Shown here: piece after piece, positions 60,844 through 64,000 of the stretch
Layout of the letters: each line of letters starts with the position of its first letter
How positions within the stretch are numbered: the first letter of the stretch is position 1
Source of the DNA: Pseudomonadota bacterium
GTDB taxonomy: Bacteria > Pseudomonadota > Alphaproteobacteria > MPNO01 > UBA2964
Length of the DNA stretch: 64,000 nucleotides
NCBI GenBank assembly: GCA_036336885.1
Contig: JAYZFG010000006.1
Span: forward strand, 8,933 to 72,932
Direction: 5' to 3'
Notes under the pieces: generated by a model
Databases searched by the model: none
What the model saw: only the letters and a program-made list of their open reading frames with translations
Told to the model about the DNA's origin: nothing
Position numbers and translations under genes: made by a program

Positions 60844-62015
60844 GATGATGACATCCCTTCCCATGCGGAGGTCATCATCTTGACGCACTCGATAATATGT
60901 TCCTCGGTAATAATTAATGGTGGCAATAACCGCATGACATTGTCGCCTGCAGGCACGGTAAGTAAACATTCATCACGGCAAGCTTTAACAAAATCAGCAA
61001 CCGGCGGAATACATTTAAGTCCGATCATCATTCCCATACCTCGAACAATTTCAAAAGCACCTGGATGATCATTGGAGAAACCGACCATACTGTCATACAG
61101 TAATGTACTCATTTCCCGAACATTTTTTAAAAAATCATCCTCCTGGAGAATATCGATAACCTCTTTTGCCACTGCCATTGCAAGTGGGTTCCCTCCAAAA
61201 GTACTGCCATGCGTTCCTGGTTTAATTCCAATAGCTGCTCTTTCCGTAGCTAAACAAGCACCAACAGGTATTCCGCCACCCAGTCCCTTTGCAAGAGACA
61301 TTACATCAGGTTTGATACCAAAATTCTCATATGCAAAAAGCTTTCCGGTGCGACCAACCCCGGTCTGCACCTCATCAAAAAAAAGTAGCAGATCAAACTC
61401 ATCACAAGTCTCCCGCAATCCCCTCAAAAATTCTCTAGTCGATGGTCGGATGCCGCCCTCACCCTGTACAGGTTCGACTATAACACCTGCCGTCTCCTCC
61501 GTTATCGTCTGACGTAATTCGTTGAGATTTCCAAAGGATACCTGGTCAAATCCGTCTGGCATGGGCCCAAAGCCCGAGACATGCGCATTATTCTTAGCAG
61601 CCGCTATAGTTGATAAGGTTCTTCCGTGAAAACTTCCTTCAAAGGAAATTAATCTATACCGTTCAGGCCGATTGACCTCAGTGTGATATTTGCGGATTAG
61701 TTTAATTCCAGCTTCAACCGCCTCCACACCGGAATTACAGAAGAATACTGTATCTGCAAAACTGGCGGCTACAAGTTTGGCTGCTAAAGTCTCCTGTTCG
61801 GGAATTTGGTAAAGATTAGAAACATGCCAAAGTTTTTCCCCCTGACCTATAAGTGTTTTGACCAATCTTGGATGATTATGTCCAAGCACATTTACAGCTA
61901 TACCAGATGCGAAGTCGAGATAACGTATTCCAGACGTGGAAAACAGATGCGCACCTTCACCCTTCTCGAAAGCGAGGTCTGCACGACCATAACTAGGCAT
62001 TATCACTGGCATCAC
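60840..62015 (-). CDS. argD: Acetylornithine aminotransferase
   Basis: '[14 protein letters not shown]', 'FHGRT', 'EPVQGEGG', 'DEVQTG.GRTG' and 'AKGLGGG'. Confidence 0.96.
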   Translation of the reverse strand: MMPVIMPSYGRADLAFEKGEGAHLFSTSGIRYLDFASGIAVNVLGHNHPRLVKTLIGQGEKLWHVSNLYQIPEQETLAAKLVAASFADTVFFCNSGVEAVEAGIKLIRKYHTEVNRPERYRLISFEGSFHGRTLSTIAAAKNNAHVSGFGPMPDGFDQVSFGNLNELRQTITEETAGVIVEPVQGEGGIRPSTREFLRGLRETCDEFDLLLFFDEVQTGVGRTGKLFAYENFGIKPDVMSLAKGLGGGIPVGACLATERAAIGIKPGTHGSTFGGNPLAMAVAKEVIDILQEDDFLKNVREMSTLLYDSMVGFSNDHPGAFEIVRGMGMMIGLKCIPPVADFVKACRDECLLTVPAGDNVMRLLPPLIITEEHIIECVKMMTSAWEGMSSS

Positions 62016-62142
62016 TTTTCATCTCCTGCAAAGTTGCAACAGCATCCCTTTGACGAAAAAAGGGGGAGAATTATGCCTCAGTCATATTAATGTCAACGAT
62101 CGCTTGAGAAATTATGCGAATTTATCCGTCTTATTACTCAAA

Positions 62143-62937
62143 CTAGCTCTTCAATTTGTAGCCACTCGCAACAACCCGGAGACATATCATCCACAATAGG
62201 ATGTTTAACCCCAAAAGCAACGATATACCGAGAATTAAGGAGACATCCGAATGTCCTATAAAACCAAAACGAAAGCCATCAATCATATAAAAAAAAGGAT
62301 TTACCATTACCGCGTCCCTCCAAAATTCAGGAAGCCGTTCGATTGAATAGAATGTACCGGATAAAAAAGCTAGAGGCGTAATTATAAAATTACTTATAGA
62401 AGCTTGATGATCAAATTTTTCCGCGATAATTCCTGTAAGCAAACCAACCATCGACAAGATGGAAGAAGCGGCCAACAAATAAAATATTATTACCCAAATA
62501 TTATGGATTTGAAGAGGCACGAAACCCCAGGTTGCTAGCCCCACGCAAATAGCTACCAATATACCTCTGACTATTCCTCCCAATACAAAGCCAATTATAA
62601 ATTCGCTAGGCGATAAAGGTGGCATCAGCATATCAACAATATTTCCTTGAATTTTCGAAATCATTAATGAGCTGACAGTATTAGCAAATGAATTTTGTAT
62701 TACCGCCATTATTATTAGTCCAGGAGCCAAGAACTGGACAAAAGAAACGCCACCAATTGATTGGACCGCCCGGCCCAGCGCCAAACTAAAGACAGCCAAA
62801 AATAACAAGGTTGTAACTGTAGGCGCCAACAATGTTTGCAAACCAACTTTAAAAAATCGTTGTATTTCCTTACCGATAAGTGTCCGAAGACCAATCCAAT
62901 TTATGGGATCTAAATTGCGCGGTGGTGTTAATTCCAT
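62143..62937 (-). CDS. ABC-2 type transporter permease (YadH-like)
   Basis: 'KEI.RF.KV..QT', 'FLAPGL', 'SSL..SK.QG' and 'NPFFYMIDGFR.GF'. Confidence 0.92.
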   Translation of the reverse strand: MELTPPRNLDPINWIGLRTLIGKEIQRFFKVGLQTLLAPTVTTLLFLAVFSLALGRAVQSIGGVSFVQFLAPGLIIMAVIQNSFANTVSSLMISKIQGNIVDMLMPPLSPSEFIIGFVLGGIVRGILVAICVGLATWGFVPLQIHNIWVIIFYLLAASSILSMVGLLTGIIAEKFDHQASISNFIITPLAFLSGTFYSIERLPEFWRDAVMVNPFFYMIDGFRFGFIGHSDVSLILGISLLLGLNILLWMICLRVVASGYKLKS

Positions 62938-62951
62938 AATCTAGTAATTCT

Positions 62952-64000
62952 TTAATCGCCGTCAGTGAAATCCGAAGCATCTGCATCAGGGCCCTGACTA
63001 ATAGTCGGTCTCTTCCTTTTTATCTCTATTTGCTCTTTTTCATGAGTTGGGTCTTTTTCAGCTTCAACTGTCGTAATTCTAGCAGGCGGGGCATTACCGG
63101 ATACGTCTTCTCCAAAATAAATTGTCCGGTGAGGAAAAGGCATCTCTATTCCGAGTTCATCGAAACGGTTCTTGATCCGACGATTGAATTCCCGTCCAAC
63201 CACCCATTGTTTCGCTGGCTTGGTTGTAATTCGTGCCTTAATTACCACAGCATTGTCACCGAAGCTATCAACTCCAAGAACCTCTAAAGGTTCCAATATT
63301 AATTCTCCGTAGTGCTCATCTTTCAAAAGTTTTTCCCCCAATTCATGGAGTACATCAACCACCCGATCAGTATTCTCTCGGTAAGCAATGCCCACATCGA
63401 AAACATATCGTGAAAAATCTTTGGTCAAATTCTCGATAGTTGTCACCTCGCTGAAGGGAATAACATGTACAGTTCCTCCTGGGTCGCGAAGCTGTATAGT
63501 CCGCAATGTTAACTTTTCAACAAGCCCAGAATGGCTTCCGACTTTCACTACATCACCCACAGAAATGTGATCTTCGATTAAGATAAAAAGGCCAGTTATA
63601 ATATCCTTAACAAGCGTCTGGGCTCCAAAACCTACCGCAAGGCCTATCACTCCGGCGCCCGCTAACAATGGACCAATGTTCAATCCAAGTTCAGAAAGAG
63701 TAACCATTACAACGAGGGTTACAAGCACAACTAAGATCGCTGTCCGCAGAAGTGGTAATAACGTCTTCGCTCGCGCTGACACATCTCCCTCTATTCGGGA
63801 CAAATAGCGCTCCACCGCCGCGCTTATCATTTCCCAAATCATCACCGAAATTGCTAGCAGTATAATAACCGTGGCTAGACTACCCGTTATTCGTTGACCA
63901 AAGGGCGTACGCAACCAATCAAAAGCGTTCAACCCCCATGCCTCAAAAATTGTAAAGCCTGCCAATATGCCAACTACAACTGAGCAAGTTTGCATGATAA
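62952..64000 (-). CDS. MscS-family mechanosensitive channel, 5' part outside the window
   Basis: 'GPLLAGAGVIGLAVGFGAQ.LVKD...G.FIL.ED...VGD' and 'REFNRRIK..FD..GIEMPFP'. Confidence 0.92.
   Translation of the reverse strand, partial: IMQTCSVVVGILAGFTIFEAWGLNAFDWLRTPFGQRITGSLATVIILLAISVMIWEMISAAVERYLSRIEGDVSARAKTLLPLLRTAILVVLVTLVVMVTLSELGLNIGPLLAGAGVIGLAVGFGAQTLVKDIITGLFILIEDHISVGDVVKVGSHSGLVEKLTLRTIQLRDPGGTVHVIPFSEVTTIENLTKDFSRYVFDVGIAYRENTDRVVDVLHELGEKLLKDEHYGELILEPLEVLGVDSFGDNAVVIKARITTKPAKQWVVGREFNRRIKNRFDELGIEMPFPHRTIYFGEDVSGNAPPARITTVEAEKDPTHEKEQIEIKRKRPTISQGPDADASDFTDGD

Noticed and set aside
59948-60969. Long overlaps among the hslO, argF and argD ORFs
   Set aside because: Internal starts (59947 GTG, 60843 ATG) give standard 4-nt overlaps and normal protein lengths.
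62095-62125. Possible dif site (TTCGCATAA on the minus strand)
   Set aside because: Only a XerC-arm-like half is present. No TTATG(T/G)NAA XerD arm follows the 6-bp spacer.

Overview
A gene-dense, roughly 42% GC (estimated by eye) core-chromosome segment of an alphaproteobacterium. Gene content and order resemble Rhodospirillales. About 57 CDS. The left 8.5 kb is an accessory catabolic island: amidohydrolase, PLP aldolase, two ADP-forming acyl-CoA ligases, acyl-CoA dehydrogenase and a hydroxycinnamoyl-CoA hydratase/lyase. The rest is conserved housekeeping: prmC-prfA-hisS-rodZ-ptsP-lysC, ubiG, grxC, mutT-argJ, secA, accA-xerD, aroKB, rpmB, pyrD, sufE, class I lysS, dinG, groESL, ctaA, metZ-apaG-folE-trkH and hslO-argF-argD. 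Non-coding elements are a SAM-II riboswitch with a readable terminator/antiterminator switch, a CIRCE operator and RpoH-type promoter before groES, and several hairpins. I saw no rRNA, tRNA, CRISPR array, IS element or prophage. Best leads: (1) a variant hydroxycinnamate or aromatic-amide CoA pathway; (2) a structured RNA leader ahead of the DUF4167 gene; (3) clean absence of ispG, gcrA, clpB, comF and others from their usual syntenic slots; (4) a ~45-aa insertion in XerD; (5) a 45-aa membrane protein missed by the ORF track. All family assignments come from motif recognition by eye, not database searches.
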